Positions 35,022 through 36,663 of a stretch of 36,663 bases of DNA are shown in pieces. The translations under genes were made by a program, and so were the position numbers. The number at the start of each line of letters is the position of its first letter. Positions within the stretch are counted from its first letter, which is position 1. The notes beneath the pieces were generated by a model. The model worked only from the letters and a program-made list of their open reading frames with translations, did no database searches and was not told the origin of the DNA. This DNA is from a virus. Taxonomy: Duplodnaviria > Caudoviricetes. Where the stretch lies: positions 1-36,663 of the IMG/VR virus record IMGVR_UViG_3300020045_001541; one strand, 5' to 3'.

Positions 35022-35573
35022 ATGAAATTATCGATTAAGTCTACTCACCTAAAATCAGCATTGCTGTGCAAAGCAGTTAATGATGTTAGATGGTATCTGT
35101 GCGGTGTCCTGTTTGCTAAAAATGGTGATGCTGTTGGCTGTAATGGTCATATTGCTTATGTCGGCGAGCACAACTCTGAAATAGAAAGTGACGTCATTAT
35201 TAGTTTTATTTGTCAAATTCCGTCGAGATTTGGCGTTGCTGAATTGACGTTCAATAATGATGAAAAAGAAGGTATCGTTAAATTCTATGACTCAGTGTTT
35301 TTAACAAAAGTCATATCATCCGGAATGGTTCAAATAGTTGACGGTAAATATCCTGATTACACTAAGTTATGCACAAAAAACAAAATGCAAACTGATGAAA
35401 TTGGGTTTAATGCAAAATATCTTGGGCTACTTGAAAAGGTATGCAAGCTACATAACCCTATATACTCAGGTGTTGCTCTTTCATTAAATGGTGATTCTGG
35501 TTGTGCATTTGCTGACATAAAAAATCCAGAGCAAGAAAAAGCACTAATGGTAATTATGCCAATGCGCTTATAG
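35022..35573 (+). CDS. Truncated DNA polymerase III beta-clamp-like protein
   Basis: DVRWYLCGV, GCNGH, VDGKYPDY, IGFNAKYL and VIMPMRL correspond to DnaN domain II-III motifs. Confidence 0.8.
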   Translation: MKLSIKSTHLKSALLCKAVNDVRWYLCGVLFAKNGDAVGCNGHIAYVGEHNSEIESDVIISFICQIPSRFGVAELTFNNDEKEGIVKFYDSVFLTKVISSGMVQIVDGKYPDYTKLCTKNKMQTDEIGFNAKYLGLLEKVCKLHNPIYSGVALSLNGDSGCAFADIKNPEQEKALMVIMPMRL

Positions 35574-35582
35574 GAGATGATC

Positions 35583-35672
35583 ATGAACGAAACAGATATT
35601 GAAAAACTGCGCGATGTTATGCGCAAGGCTATCGACGAAGAAAAGGCAAAGCGCGAAGGTGGCAAGAAATGA
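35583..35672 (+). CDS. 29-aa charged peptide
   Basis: AGGAG RBS; ATGA coupling downstream. Confidence 0.5.
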   Translation: MNETDIEKLRDVMRKAIDEEKAKREGGKK

Positions 35673-35812
35673 AATTTGAAGTTACCGGTATTTTGCTTGA
35701 TGGCACTACTGATAAGAAGCTGATCGAATCACCAACAAAGCATGAAATTGAACAAAATAAGTTCAAATATGGCTTTGCTAAAATTATCAACATTAAACAA
35801 AAAGGAAATTGA
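35669..35812 (+). CDS. 47-aa hypothetical protein
   Basis: Fills the gap; coupled start. Confidence 0.5.
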   Translation: MKFEVTGILLDGTTDKKLIESPTKHEIEQNKFKYGFAKIINIKQKGN

Positions 35813-35813
35813 G

Positions 35814-36377
35814 ATGACAGCTAAGAAAAAAGAACTTATTGAATTGATGCTTGATGCTGGAATAAATCCTGATTTATGGCCTACCGGAGCTAATTTCGCG
35901 GCACAAGATAAAAAAGCATCAGGTTATGGTGATAATGTTTTGATGTTTTACCGTGGAGAGAATGCTCCAAAAAAAAGCGCATGTGGAGAATATTTTTCCG
36001 GTAGTAATGTTGGACAACATATAGATCTAAAAATACTTTGTAAAAACTGGAGTAAAACAATCATAACAAAAGATCAATTTATCGCTGCTTACAATGATCG
36101 AAATAAACAAAAAGAATGGCCTGCTGAATCTGATATTGATGTTGTTGCGCAGAATGGCGAGATTGAAGAAGTTGATATCAATAAGTACAGCAAAGAAATT
36201 AAACCTGGTGTTTTTGTTGATGTTTATGATGTTTTGAAGGCGTGGAATGTTACAAATCCAGCTTTGCAGCATCTTATCAAAAAGGCATTGCAGCCTGGCA
36301 CTCGTGGTCATAAAACATTAAAGCAGGATATTGATGACATCATTGCGTCAGCAAAACGCGCTAAGGAGTTACTGTGA
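35814..36377 (+). CDS. Hypothetical protein with a C-terminal DUF3310-related domain
   Basis: VDVYDVL-W-V-NPA-QH-IKK-L-G-RGHK. Confidence 0.65.
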   Translation: MTAKKKELIELMLDAGINPDLWPTGANFAAQDKKASGYGDNVLMFYRGENAPKKSACGEYFSGSNVGQHIDLKILCKNWSKTIITKDQFIAAYNDRNKQKEWPAESDIDVVAQNGEIEEVDINKYSKEIKPGVFVDVYDVLKAWNVTNPALQHLIKKALQPGTRGHKTLKQDIDDIIASAKRAKELL

Positions 36378-36663
36378 AAGAAGATCTAAAATCATTCATC
36401 GGTGATTTGCATTATCCAGAGCAAGCGCCACGGTATTATTTAACATATGCAGAAGCGGTTAAAATGCTGGTGGAAAACGTTTATCGTGATGAAGAATTAC
36501 ACGATATCAAGGCAATGCAAATGATGTCAGTGGTAGATATCATGTCATTTGCAGCAGCGCTTGCGGTTAGGATCTTAATGGCGTTATTATCACCTGTTAT
36601 TGCACCTTTGTTTGTGTTGCATGACAGACTTCACAAAATTAAACACTTGAAGATGGTATTCTT
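36374..36663 (+). CDS. Partial hypothetical protein with a hydrophobic segment, runs off the window
   Basis: AAGGAG RBS, GTG start, open to the end. Confidence 0.6.
   Translation, partial: MKEDLKSFIGDLHYPEQAPRYYLTYAEAVKMLVENVYRDEELHDIKAMQMMSVVDIMSFAAALAVRILMALLSPVIAPLFVLHDRLHKIKHLKMVF

Larger units (their letters stand above)
1..36663. mobile_element. HK97-like siphovirus, near-complete genome; no host genes, integrase or att site seen
   Basis: Continuous phage gene set from terminase to nin region. Confidence 0.95.

Noticed and set aside
1-36663. CRISPR array, tRNA, diversity-generating retroelement or stop-codon recoding
   Set aside because: No spaced repeats, cloverleaf or reverse transcriptase seen by eye; genes tile well in the standard code with all three stops used

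Overview
The window is most of the genome of an HK97-like long-tailed dsDNA phage (siphovirus), probably infecting a Gammaproteobacterium. Gene order on the + strand: terminase, portal, protease, capsid; a 3 kb cassette of glycosyltransferase-like and methyltransferase genes; a small moron; head-tail joining genes; tail tube, chaperones and tape measure; a GTA-type tail tip (DUF2460, DUF2163, NlpC/P60, large tip protein); two receptor-binding proteins; and a lone holin. A mostly leftward arm follows, with a SAR endolysin, spanins, two DNA methyltransferases and ERF/exonuclease recombination genes. A rightward lambdoid early arm carries cro-like, antirepressor, O/P-like replication genes with an iteron origin, nin-type nucleases and a truncated beta-clamp-like gene. 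No integrase or CI is visible. Highlights: (1) a start-less Maf/DUF115-like transferase frame that appears to be reached by a -1 frameshift at C_CCT_TTT from the small gene after the capsid gene, heading a putative virion-modification cassette; (2) five CRP/FNR-type boxes giving six promoters, each exactly 20 nt from a -10 element, driving accessory genes; (3) a tail-tip protein split into two genes around an inserted module; (4) a split, convergent lysis system. Bases 1-121 duplicate part of the portal gene and are probably an assembly chimera. All family assignments come from motif recognition, not database searches.
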